From Chrysomallon squamiferum (taxonomy: Eukaryota; Animalia; Mollusca): a DNA stretch of 64,000 nucleotides. The stretch spans positions 30,876,001 through 30,940,000 of the forward strand of contig CM022665.1 in the NCBI GenBank assembly GCA_012295275.1, in the 5' to 3' direction. The translations under genes and the position numbers were made by a program. Below, one piece after another: positions 39,082 through 53,282 of the stretch; the first letter of the stretch is position 1; each line of letters begins with the position of its first letter. The notes beneath the pieces are model-generated. The model made no database searches, was not told the origin of the DNA, and was given only the letters and a program-made list of their open reading frames with translations.

Positions 39082-41228
39082 TAATATCATCTAGTCTTCT
39101 AACTTTGCAATTTTCTTAAATAGAATAAGAAAATATATAAGAAAAAAATGTAAAAGGCCAATTATTATATGGTCTAAAGATGCATGCATGTTCGGTTATA
39201 CATGGTACATAAAACTTATACATAGACATTGATTTATTAAAAAAATTCTAATGTTTAACATGATCATGGTAACTATACAAAGTAAAAAGACACACTAGCC
39301 TACTGGCGCCAAAAGAACACATAATTAAAAAACAAAAGAAAAGAAATGAAATAAATAAATCAGTTAATGAAAAATTAGTCATTAAAAAGAAAAGGCACGG
39401 TTTATACAAAACTGTAATTGTTCAATCTCTGTTTGCGGTACTATAATGACTTCAGTTTAAAAAAAAAAAAAAAATTAGAAAAAAAAAAAAAATAAAATAA
39501 AATAAAAATGATCAACTGAACTGGTGCTTTTAGTCAGCTAATACAGTTTTCAACTGACTAATGTTTAAACGTTTTCCTTCTTCTTCTTCTTTTTTTTTTG
39601 GAGGGGTGGGGAGGGTGGTGTTGTTTTTTCAGAGATCATGAAGGATGTTTTTAATTTATAGGAAATGAAAAAATATGATTTTTATTTCCGTCTTACACAG
39701 ACCTCTTGTTGCGTTTTATATTAATTAAAAAATATATATATTTTTTAAATGATTTTAAAGTAAATCAAAATAAAACAATAACATATCTAACACTGATGAC
39801 TTCGTAATTACTGGAATAAAATAAATTACTAAAATAAACAAACAAGTAAGTACGTAAATAAAACAAAATAAAATAAATAAGAAAATAAACAAATAAACAA
39901 ACAAACAAACAGCATAATGACACAAAAATTAAAATAAAATAAAATAACATAAATGATTACAATCTTTATTAATAATGGAATTCTCTGATCCGTGAGCCCA
40001 ACAGCAAAAATCTTACCGTGTAACCCTGGGCGAATAAGAATGATAAATAAACCTAATATATACATACATATATATATATAACTATGTCCCTAGCGAAATG
40101 GCTAAGTAGGAACTACTTGCCACAAAGAAGTCCGTGCTAATTACAAATAAACAGTTGAGCAAAAGAATCCTGGAACACATTAATACCACTGCGGGAATGT
40201 AATAATCTAATAATAATAACATATTTTTATAAATATATTTATATATTATAAACATGTAAACAAAACCATAAACTGTAAACAAAAACGTATGTTCTTCGCT
40301 CTTAACATTTCTGTATTTTTATCGACTTTATATTATGCAAAACTGATAAATATTGGTAGCGGTGTACTAATTGAAAAAAAACCAAACACATTTCTAAAGC
40401 TAATTAAGTGTTCTTTGTTATTGTTTGTATAAATACTTTTATTATGTGTAAATAAAAGTCACGGTGTAAACTTTGTAATTTATTTATTAATTAGCTGTTT
40501 TATCTTTAAAACTACATCTCTAGCTAAGATGTTAATTAAAAATAAATATTTATTTTTTATTTTCAGTATTTTGAAAAAGATTTTTTGTTATTTACACTTT
40601 ATTTATATGTGTGTCCTTGTTTTGAAGACGAAACAAAAAGAACTGACAAGTGACAAAAAGAACAAAATAATTATGAATAACCTAAGAATAGATTTAATTC
40701 TAACCATATAATCAGTTTGTGTGTATGTGTGTCTGTAGGTTTTTATGTATATGTAATTATATTTGCGTATGTGTACATCTATGTATGTGTGTATATATCT
40801 ATATATGCATGTGCTTCTGTGACTGTGTGTATGTATCAGTTCTAAAAACCTGTTTGGGTGATATAAAAATGTATACAGAAAAGTAATAAATTAACATATT
40901 ATACAATGGTGTAAATTAGTTTGATATTTCGTCCCTACCTACACTCCAGTAAAGCTAACTAGACACGTTTGTAATGAGTAGCAGAAGAATGATGCAATTT
41001 ATTTAAATAAATTACTTTCTTGCTTTTCTTCATTTTTGTTTTAAAAACAAAAATAAGAAAAATAGAATTAATACATAGTATTTTACGGAAAAATGGAATG
41101 TTGGTAGGCCGGTAATGTTTGTTAAAGAAGTATGTAGATAAAGCCTATGTTTATCAGTAATAAATACATATATACATACAGACGTACGTATATATATATA
41201 TATATATATATATAAAAACTAGTACTAG

Positions 41229-41277
<49 letters not shown>

Positions 41278-43956
41278 ACCTACATGTATATACATACACA
41301 TTCATAAACACCTATTACACACCCAATCTATTCTTCATGAATAAAATAAAATAACATAAAACAAATTGTAATGTTTTTGGAATCTTTTAACATACGCATT
41401 TCTTTAAACAGAAATTCGTGTTTACCAAATAAATATAATTCTAATTCTAATCATGCATGAGTAATAAATTATTTCAGACACGTGAACGTAATTCATTAAG
41501 ATACATTTAAATATTTTCATAATGAGAAGACAACAGTATGAGGAGAGAACGTTTGGCAAGACACATTAGCCACAGATGTTGTGATAAAGGAAAATATACT
41601 TCTATAAATAATAGATGACTTAATAACACAGCACTTTGTGACAACAACTGTTGTTTATCTACTTAAAAAATAAACAAAACAATACATAAACAAAAGGACT
41701 GCATAATGAAGGGAAATTAAAAAAAAAAAATAAAAAATATATATATATTAAATAAAAAATAAAATGGAATGCAGAATAAAAACATATTTCTGAAATATTG
41801 ATCATTTACACTTCGTTCGAAGTGCGTCTTAAAACACACACACACACATATATATATATATGTATTGTGCGTATGTACATTTACATACAACAAAGAATTT
41901 TGTCACTTTTTCTAAGTTTTTCATTGATTATAATATTTATAAAATTTCACTTTCTTACATATTTTAATCTATATATATTTTTTAAGACTTCAAGGTAATA
42001 CAAATATTATAATAACTAGCAGCAATATTGAATAATTAATGCAAATAGAATATATATGTAAAATATCATCATTGTTTTGATTTGGCTCCCTCAACTTAAC
42101 AGATAACGAATATTTGTTGTTTATAATAATGAATTTTTTTTTTTTTTTTTCAGATTATTATAATTCTTCCGAATCGTATTCATATGCTGTTACCACCACC
42201 CAATAAAGAACACAGAGAAGCATGCACGTACATACAACATACATACACTGTCCATACGTACATATGTACTATCAAGATATACATGGATGCATACATACAA
42301 ACATACGTACATGCATGAATACATACATAAATACATACTTACATACGTATGTACATACATTCATATAACAAGCATAGAATTTATTTAAATCCATGACCAA
42401 ACATACTAATGAAAATGAAAATATCTGTATATTCTACTAAGAAAAAAATGCAGGTGCGCGAGCTCGCACGCGCGCTTTTGTTTAATATATGTATGTGTGC
42501 ATTATAATTATATATAGTTATTTCAAACAGGGCTGTTTCTTTAAGCCCTAGGAGTAGAAAAACGGTTGACCCTATTTCCCTAAAATGAATAGTATTATGA
42601 ACTAGAATAATAATCCACGCTGCCAATGTAAAAGTTACCATGGACATTTGATTTGTATCTAATGCCAACAATAATTGTGAAAAAAAAAAAAAAAAAAAAA
42701 AAAGGAGATGAAAATCACGTATACAATTATAAAATACCATTGGAACAAAGCCAGGGAAAGTTTGTTATGTAAATATTTAAATATGACTAGATATCCTAAT
42801 AATATAATGCACCAAATTAACGTAATATGACATAATGAAAAAAAAGGTACATGATTATGACTTCTGGTTAAAATGTACATTAAACGTTTGTGATATAATT
42901 TCTTACAATGACTGCAACCTATAAGAAAGTATGTGTAAAAGACGTATATAATATATAAAGCATGACTTCATGCAGAGATCTTTCGTTCATTATTCACATC
43001 ACAATATTTATTATGCATATACATTTTCAATGAAAAACACTAGTAAATAACAAGTTATAATTATGACCAGATATCTATAACAAAACTGAAAAAATATATA
43101 TTAGGCGTGGAATGTACTTTACAGTATAATCATATTTATTTGTTTATTTATTTATTTATTTATTTTTATTTATTTATTTATTTATTTATTTATTAATGTT
43201 GTTGTTGTTGCAAATTTTACTGCTGCATCTACATCTAGAAATAAAAAGTTTGTGATTTACATTGAAACCAAAGACAGAAGTAATTTGTTTTAACAAAAGT
43301 TTATTATTGTTATTATTATTATTATTTATTATTGTTATTATTAATTACTATTATTATTGTTATTATTAAATAATTAAAAAAAAAAAAAAAAAAAAAAAGA
43401 ATAAATAAACTTTTAAAAAGAACTTGAAACCAGTTCTCTGTCAAAATTATGTAAACGTTCCAATTCATCAGATCAGTTTCCATCGGTATTCATGACCCGT
43501 ACTGGAAACTGCCCATAGCCAAATATGTAAAAATAAAACAAAACTGAAAAGAAAGTACCCGCAGCCATCAAAGCACACCTGGTCCACTACAGTGGACAAC
43601 AAAAGTGTGCTTGTCAAAACGTCCAAAGATGGCGATACAGGTTTCATCCATGTCTAAATTCGTAAACGTCTTCATAATGATAAATGTTATTTTTGATCAG
43701 CGCCATGATTGCAAATTTAGTTCAAAATGAGAGATACAAAATGTTTTTCATGTCTTGTTAAAAAATAAAACTGTTGTCAACATAAAATAAAGGCCGGATC
43801 CCTGGTTCGGAAGGAAAGCTTTGTTCATAATGAAGAAATCCAAAAAAAAAATAATAATAATAAATAAGAAAGAAAAAAAGCACATTAATATAGATGTAAA
43901 GTATACATCAAACTGAATCAAAATGGAGGATGGGAACAGAGTGGTGGTTTGATTCT
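39055..43956 (-). other. probable long prospero 3' UTR (~4.9 kb)
   Basis: Follows the stop codon and ends at a candidate AATAAA with a GU/U-rich downstream element. End point is inferred; other AATAAA motifs exist. Confidence 0.45.
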
Positions 43957-44142
43957 TTAACCATCGCCGAGCTGTTCCAGCCAGTTTGGAGATTTGAAGT
44001 ATTCAGGTAGAGTGTCGTCCATTCTGGAAATGACTTTGTAGATGGATTTTTTCCAGGAAGGCTCACTGTCCTTGTTTGATATAACGGCTCGGAAAAATTC
44101 ACGCAGAGTTGCTTGTATGACTAGTCTGAAACTTTCTGGTAC
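43957..44142 (-). CDS. PROX1: prospero terminal exon: [61 protein letters not shown]
   Basis: tttcag| acceptor, 186 bp, [10 protein letters not shown] and PEYFKSPN Prospero-domain motifs, TAA at 43959-43957. Confidence 0.96.
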   Translation of the reverse strand, partial: VPESFRLVIQATLREFFRAVISNKDSEPSWKKSIYKVISRMDDTLPEYFKSPNWLEQLGDG

Positions 44143-44419
44143 CTGAAAGAGAAACAGTTGGCAGTCAGAATTATTGCAGAATTTAGAACTGTGAAATAAA
44201 ATGAAATTAACATAGCTGAAATGTTGAAGACAGTTCGCGAGATAAAAGTATTATAATCAGTATATAATTTATTATTATTATTATTAATTTCAGTATTTAT
44301 TTCGTTCATAAATTTTTGAATTTGAGACATCATTTTTGTAAAAAACCTATCTGCAATTATTTTATTTTTTTAAATTACAATTATTTTTGTATTTTAATAC
44401 ATATCAACATTTAACGTCC

Positions 44420-44539
<120 letters not shown>

Positions 44540-45858
44540 CACGCACTCAGTCCATGATTAAAGATCTGCAAGTAGGCTGCAGTAATTTCTTCCAACAGCA
44601 AGATGTTAGACCAAAATGATGGCGCATGGCGTGCAATACTGAACAGCATGTAATTATGTTTTTGTAGAATTCCAGTATTAAATGATCTTAGGACATAACA
44701 TATATTTTGATAATAATACAGCCCAGACTTGCGGCTCTCAAAATCGAGGGAACCTTCGTGACTAAACCAATCCCCACTAACCCCAACCAAATCAGCTTCT
44801 TAGAACAAATAAAGGACCGTAAGACATCATCTACAGACCAAAATTCCCATCCAGTGACAGCCCATCATTTCTTTCCGATTAAACATTCAGATGAAATGAT
44901 CCACTTAGACGGGTAAAATTGGCCATCGCCAATTATCGCCGAGATAACGATCTCATAGACAATGGTTTAATAATTTTAAACGATGGACACCCAGCCGAGA
45001 GAGTGTGCTCGTACGGCTTGCCAGATACTCTTACATCACTCTTGTAATCGACGATACGGTTTTAGTGATTTCCTCCCAGCAAAGATTAAGCACCACTCTG
45101 AGATAATATGTACAATTTGGTCAAGTATGGGGCAAAGTGTTTGTTCCACACTTATGACCAACTTTCCATAGACGTATCATTTTTCAAAATTAACGAAAAT
45201 CCGGGACTCAATATGTTAGCTACAAAGAGGGTTCTCAAAATCGTTTGTGTCTGTCAAAAATCAAATATTTCTACAAGGAAGTAAAAGGATGTTTTCTAAT
45301 AGTTTGATAAATAATAAACTAGAACTTTATTTGTTTTTATATAAATGAATTATTCTAACTGAACTAGTAACAAAATAAAATAAAAGAAACAAATATAAAT
45401 AAAGAAATAAATAATAAACAAAATAAGATAAAACTAAAAGTAATAAATATTTATAAATTTTATTTTATTATTATTATTTTGTTTTATCGGAAATGTTTAT
45501 ATTTCAGAAGAAACCATATAATAATAATATTTGTTTTATGAGATAAAAGGCGTAAAAATTATTTTAAAAAATGAAAAAATCCTACTAGTACATGAATCTA
45601 TTCTTGGTGAATTTAAAAAAAAAAAAAATAATAATAATAATAATAATGAAATGTATCAACTAGATATGATTTCACCACAACAACACAAACACTCGCGAGC
45701 ACTCACAAATACACACAAATACAAATGAAAAAAAATTAACAGCTCAAAACAACTACTTTCTCTCCACAAAAGCTCTTACCCTAGAAAAGAAACAAAATTA
45801 ATGAAGTATATATATAAAAAATAATAAAATGTAACAGATGTATTGAAACTTGACTGAC

Positions 45859-46003
45859 CTCCAGTTGGTTGTTACGATTGTAGTGCAGATTCAACACTCG
45901 GTAAAGTTCGGAATCCGTCGTCACCACAAGATCCTCGACATACTTGCAGCCCTCAGCAATCGACTGACGTGCATACTTCTCCATCTGTATGTAGTAAAAT
46001 TCC
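45859..46003 (-). CDS. PROX1: prospero exon (homeodomain end / Prospero domain): [18 protein letters not shown]...[17 protein letters not shown]
   Basis: tttcag| ... |gtcagt, 145 bp, phases match, [13 protein letters not shown] motif. Confidence 0.96.
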
Positions 46004-46405
46004 CTGAAATACACAAATAATACATATATATATATATAAACAAATAATACAAACAAATCATATGCATGTATGTCTGTGTATGTATATGTGTGTATGTGTG
46101 CATATATCTATGTTTATGTGTATTAGTTTGTATTTGCCTGGGTATAAGTAGCAAAAAATAGTAGAGTGAAAAAAATATATCAAACAGAAAATAAAAAGCA
46201 TATATATGTAAACACATGAATATAAACACACACGTGTGTGTATGTTTGTGTTTATATATATATACATGCATACATACAGATATGCACACATACACATTCA
46301 CAAACTAAATGAACTATGGAGATAAAAATAATGACAAAGAGATTAGTATTAAGAAATAAAACAGAAGAGGGAGAGAATGATAAAGAGGGAGAGAGAGAGA
46401 TAATG

Positions 46406-46446
<41 letters not shown>

Positions 46447-48456
46447 GACAACAAACATAATATATAACCCATTTTCCCCAAATATTACAGTAAAATATAA
46501 TTTTCTATTGTATTTCGATAAATTATCTTTTTCATTTTATTGCTTATGAAAAACGACCGTAAAACATTGGGGTTCTCATATACAACTCTTAATGTGAGTT
46601 GAGAAGATTTAATACACAACAGAGAGAGAAATCAGTGGAACTTATTTACGAACAATAAAACAATTTCCAACAATTACTGAACTAGCTGGTGGTCCGTTCT
46701 GAGCAAACAGAAAATCTTTTCTCATTGGACGGAAGAACGTATAAGATGCGATGATGACGGCCAATTTAGCGTGGCGGCGGTGAGAAAGCAAACCGGGAAT
46801 TAATCTCAATTAAGTGATAATTCTCTCTCCCATACTTGATTATAGTTGATTGAGGAAGAGGCATTTAACTGGCAATTGGACGGGACAATGTTCTGTGGCG
46901 GGCCCCGGCGCTCTTGCTCTTCGTCTCAGATGCAATTATTGAGCACTTGCTCCGCTCTTAAAGCCAGCATCTGAAGGAGACCCGTGCGGGTTTGGCAGGA
47001 CTGCCTGGGAATGTTATCTTTGACATTTGGTTTCTCCTTCTGCCATTTAGAATCACACTACATTTAAATACGTCCGCGCGACGTGACTCTACATTCAAGA
47101 ACTGGGGACGTATAATGTCTATGATTTAAAAGCTATTAGCAATTCTTTGTATTTATGAATTGCGCTCCGGTGACGAGTTGCGAGTTCGCCCTTATCAGTT
47201 TTCTCATTATACTCTAGAAATGAATGGTTTCGGAATCTGCATCACAATAAAGTATCACGATAAAGTCAACTGCTACTGTCCGCACTGAAATCTCTATGTT
47301 TCGAGAAAGTGGAGAGAAAAAAAAAAAAAAAAAAAAATAAATAAACTGTTAATAATATAGTAAGAAAGAGAAAAAAGAGAATGAAATGAAATATAATTAA
47401 ATAAAACAGAGAAATGGATGGATGGATGGAAGGCTAAATGTTTATGAAAAAAGGATGGACATGTAGATGAATGGTGAATGAATGACTATGAAGAAAAATG
47501 GAAATCTGAAAGTTTATATGAATTAATAATAGAAGGACGAAATGAATAAAGGACTGAAAGAGGCATATTATTAGATGAACAAGCCGAATATATAAAATAT
47601 CATTTGTATACCTCTTTAATTTTAGTGTGTCTATCGAAGTTGAAATTTACAAATATTTTTTTGTATATACATATACAATACACACATACACACGCGCGCA
47701 CACACATATCTAAATTTCTAGAAAATGTGAAATGTTTGTTTAACATTCCTAATATGATGTGACACTTCAGATGCTGGAAACATCGAAACAAAAATCTCCT
47801 CGAGCATTCGGAGTAATCCAAACACTCGAACGTGTTCCTTAGATATTTGAAATCATTTGATTTCGGATATAAACTATTGTTTGACAATTGCGTTCACTTT
47901 AAAGCCCACTTTCAGCTCAGTTTAACAACTTCAGTTTGAATTGGTCTTTGCTCAAACTCTGGGTAACTTTGTTAATTGTTTTACAGTATCATTACAAAAC
48001 AAAGTAATAGGAGAAATCCAGAGTTAGAACATTTGAAAAGTTATTAAATCTACATCCGGGTTTTTAATAAAGGCTTTCATCGTTTTGTTGAGCAGTGTAC
48101 GAAATTTATACAAATTATGTACTTATGAATTCGGGAAGTTTTCCTTCGCCCCCGAAATTTTATTTTCCGTGTCTTTTACAGAACTCTTTGGCGAAATCAA
48201 TGTTATGACCTCAGCATGCACGCGTGATATCTTGTGAAAGCACGTTAAACAGTAGAACAACAGAATCATTTTTAAATACTTATTGGAAAAATACGTGCAA
48301 GGAAAATATCTACTTCACCATCAGCTTTTAATAATGTTTCATAAAAAACCCAGAGAATATCATAATAAAGTTCAGATTATATCAGGTTAGTAATAAACTA
48401 TCTTGAAAAGCAGACAGTAATGAACTATTTCACTGAATTTATCATTGGTGCAGAGG

Positions 48457-48460
<4 letters not shown>

Positions 48461-48540
<80 letters not shown>
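48461..48540. repeat. (GA)n microsatellite
   Basis: Directly visible. Confidence 0.97.
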
Positions 48541-48542
<2 letters not shown>

Positions 48543-49765
48543 ATGAGAAAAAAATATATATTTAAAAGTTGTAAATGATACAGGTGGTATAAGATTAATA
48601 AAAAAGAAGTAAAAAAATGCAGTGTAGTCCTATAATATGCATCTATTATTTTTCATGTAAAATTATAAAGATCAGTACATTTACATAAATATTAAATTAA
48701 ATTCAACTCAACTGAATTAAATATTATTTTAAGAAAAGAAAAATGCGAAAAATATAAATTGAAGTGAAAAAGTATTCAATAGCTGTGAATAAATATTAAC
48801 TTCATTTTAGCTTGTATTAAATCTCTACTCACGTTGAATTTATACACTGTGCAGATACATATAATTATCAGCCTTTTTGTTTATTACATAATTTTAAAGA
48901 TGAGATAAATCAAACTCTATCATGGTGAAGAGCACTAAAAAAACAACAACAACTAAAAAAAAAAAAAAACCCAGAACACCACCAACAAAACTAAACCAAA
49001 AAAAAAACAATAATCATAAATCAAAAATTGCAAAATAAATGTATAAATATTTTAAAATAATAGTAGTAACCGTAACAATAGTAGTAATAGTACTAGTAGT
49101 AGTCGTAGTAGCAGTAGTAGTACTACAACTAATAATAATAATGTAATAACAACAATAATAATCACAATAATTATAATAATAAAATGAACAATGAGTCGTA
49201 ATTTATTATCTCACTTGTATTCATGCTATCGTCTGCGTCTACCAGTGTGAAATATAGTCAGACCACTATTTAATATCGTTTAACTACATCATATACGTCA
49301 TGAGTTCATGTTTTCGTATGTCGTCAGTTTGACGGAAAATGGCGAAACGGCGAATTGATATGTTCGGATTTATATAAAATAGAATTTGTGCATACATGTA
49401 TACACAACTGCCATCCCGTACAGTAATCGCGTAAAAAAAAAAAAAAAATTCTTGTCGTAAAGAAACACAACGTATTGCAAATCCAGAACACGTGAACCAC
49501 GTTAAATCATTTCTACTTCCCGGAATTTTTTTAATTCTACATACCGGTACTATACAAAATATAATTTTCTACACACTACTTACATTTATCCATGTAGATA
49601 AGTAAGTAACCAGTTGAAATGTATTATATATTATTTTATTTTAAAAAATTTTATGTAAACGAGAATGGAAAAAATTATATTAATAGTACTTTATTATTTA
49701 TTTTTTTAAATTAAATTTAAAAAACAAACAAAAAAACAAACAAATTAATGTTATTATTATTATTG

Positions 49766-49800
<35 letters not shown>

Positions 49801-49808
49801 TATTTAAT

Positions 49809-49863
<55 letters not shown>

Positions 49864-50581
49864 TTTTTTTTTAAGCAACATATCAATTAAAATTAACAAC
49901 TAACAGTCATCAGCTAATAAAAAAAAAAAAAAAAAAAAAAATCTTAATAATTTCTTTTGGTTTCTCTAAAGGTCCCAGATAACATATCTTGATAATAACA
50001 TATTTAATCTTATAAACAATACTTTAAAAATATCACCACCACGTGAATAAATACTAACACGCAGAAGAGATAACATTAAGTAGTCTTAGCAATTTTGTTT
50101 CTTTTCTTGATCATAACATATTTGATATTACAGACAATACTGAAAGTTAATTATAAAATTTAAAAGGTGAGACAAATCAAGTCTGTTAATAAAAACTAAT
50201 ACATCGAGGAGATCAGTTGATAAAAGAAACATGTAACCTTAGTCATTTTTATTGTTTTCTAAAGGTCCCATGTTGACATATTTCGATAATGACAACACCA
50301 GTCAGTAAGACGGGGTTATCTAATTCAGACATGCCAACAATTGGCTTTAATAAGCATGTGATTATATCGCCTTGTTGTCTGATAACGCTCAAATGTGTTG
50401 AATGAAGAAAATATTTGCCTAACGTCATCAGTGGAAATAACTGAACAAGTAAGAACTTTGAACTGAAATCACAAGACATCTAATTATCAGTCTATACAGA
50501 TAGTGAAAGTTTCTAGTTGCAGTATCTTAAATTAGATAGATTAATTAGTAATCATGTGATGATTAACTTAGCATTCCTAGG

Positions 50582-50617
<36 letters not shown>

Positions 50618-52324
50618 GCTTTCATATTTGTTATACGTGCTTGAAACAAATCAAAATAAAATAATAATCTGAAATCCAATGCAAGGACGTGGACTGTAAC
50701 CTCTATAGGTTGTTATTATTTGTGTTCCCATTTGACAGTCAGATACTGTGACTAAGGCCCAAAATATTCGATCCAGAAAGAATAAAATGCTATCTACTTC
50801 CATATCTTCCGCTTATAAAGTTCTAATTATATAAATTCCTATTGATATAAATAAAATACCCGAATATCTTATCGCTGAACCTTGAAATGAAAAAACATAA
50901 ATTTATAAGACGTTGAAGAAGGATGGGTCAAGCGTTAATGTTGTGTTTTATATAGAACTAGTTCATATCGGAATTAAAATAATATTTTAGACAAAGTTAA
51001 TAATTTTAAAAATATAATTATCATTGGAAATAGAATTCTGCGATTTATTTAACTGACTTCAGACTCTCAGATTGTTAGACCTAGTTAAAAAAAAAAAAAG
51101 TTATAATTAAGTTCAGCCACAATCATTTAGAAAATGTTTAATTTGAACCGAAACGTAAATCCCGAAGAGAACTTTCCCTAAGAAATGTTTTAATTTCCAC
51201 CAAGAATGTAGATCTGATGTTACAAGATTTCTTTCTCAGGACAATCCTTAGGAGAAAGAGTCAGAAATCCTGGCGGGTACCTGCGAACAAGGCGAGAGGA
51301 TTGGAGGGGGCTGTTCTCTAAATAAAGAGGGTGTAAACAGATTTAACCTAGCATTAGCGGAAACACGTAAAGTACACTGCAGTTAATCTGGCTCTCTGTG
51401 TACACTAGGCGAAAATTAGCCATCCCATGCAAAAGAATGAACGACACAACCCGCTCTCACATTGGTGGCATTTATAAAATGCTCGTCAAGCGATCGTGGA
51501 TACAAATTGACTCTTGAAGACGGCTAATACCGAGACAAGCTAAAGACGGGTATCGTCACACATTCAACACGGCGACTTGGGCCAAGAGGTACAAATAGGG
51601 CGGGTCGTGTGTGTGTGGTATTGGCTTTTAAATGCACCGCAAACAAAAAGTCTCGTCCCGACCAGCCGATATATACACATTGTACAACACAAACTATGTG
51701 ACGGCCATAGCTACTTATATCACATATACCACAGAGAAATCTCTTTGTCCATAATGATTATGGTCAGACTCGTACACTTTAGGGCGTTCGAAGCGGGGGC
51801 GGATAAAGGGGGTTGTGTGTTTGGTTAAAATTAGATTTTTCAAAAATAATGACATTTCATTCGAGATATACTTCTTTTACAAACAATTTATACTAAATTA
51901 AATATCTGAATAACGTTCTTGTTGCGATAGTGAAAAATACACTGTAATGTAAAAATAAAAATGTTTCGAAAGATACAACACGTGAAAGAATATTTAACGT
52001 ATAATTTTGTTTTTACAGGTTTTTCTCTCTTTCTGCACAAAGAATTAAAAATTAAACTGTTTTCACAATTAAAATTACATTTTAAAAATTCTGTTTAATC
52101 GAGTGCGTTAGATTACAGACTGCAAGTTTTTACAATATTTACATATCTTAATTATTTATTTGAATATCTACACCATACGTGTATCTTTTACAATCTAAAA
52201 CACAAATCCAGTAATTTATGAAGTCATCAGTTGGAAGATGTATATAAAATATTCCTTGCTGTTAAATAGTAAGAGTAAAAATATAGAGTTCCTATATTTT
52301 TTTAATTTATTAGTATCAAATTGA

Positions 52325-52560
52325 TTTGCCATGGGAAAGTGCATTTAAAAGATCCCTTGCAGCTTACTTTTTTTTCACTTTTATCATCATCATTTTTTAT
52401 ATATATATATATATTTATATATATTATGTGTGTGTGAAAAAGATTAATATTAAAATATGTTAATATATCATTAAACATTCATACAGCCATCCGTTGACGA
52501 TTTTCATCTTCGTTTTAACCTACACGATCGGTGGTTATTATCAATATTAAACATTTTTTT
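52325..52560 (+). mobile_element. partial SINE-like repeat fragment in prospero intron
   Basis: ATGGGAAAGTGCATTTAAAAGATCCCTTGC core related to the two copies above. Confidence 0.3.
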
Positions 52561-53248
52561 AAAAATTATTATTAAAGCATGAAAGCTGCTAAAAGGGAAT
52601 TACTGAAACACTAACAGCTGTTATAAGATTTGTTGAATTTTTGTTTTAAGACAATATTGATTTAAATTCTCATTTTATATTCGTAGGTGTACATAATTAC
52701 AAAGCGTCATGTCAAAAGTGCGTTTGATATGAATACCTGTTAGGTGTGTTTTTGAAGATCTGTATCTAAAAGTTACATGCGGACAAAAAAAAAAAAAAAA
52801 AAAACTTCCAGCATATAACACATTAATTATAATTTTAAAAAATATATACTTGCAATATATCCACGAATTGTCCATACCCATAATCTACAAAGATCTGTGC
52901 GTGAATGTGAGAATACAAAGAAATGCTAATGAATGCGATATTCAACCTGTAATGTTATATCCAACCTTGCAAGTATAATAATCGAGTAATTTATATGCAT
53001 GTAATATAATTATTTTATAAAACATAAATATTTTCAATGTGATATGATACAAAATGTGCGAACAGCGCAAGGAAATATAATATATATTAGAGAGTGAATA
53101 AAATTATGCATAGAATACAACATATAATGTACACGAACTTAATGTATGTGATGACAGTTATACGGATCCGATATTTCATGAAATGCTTATACCTAATATA
53201 TTATGAAATACTTTTGCATTACAATACGTTATCAAAAACATGTACATA

Positions 53249-53282
<34 letters not shown>

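Noticed and set aside
49960-50300. Local degenerate duplications (TAAAGGTCCCA, ATAACATATTT blocks)
   Set aside because: Short, degenerate local duplication with no evident function.
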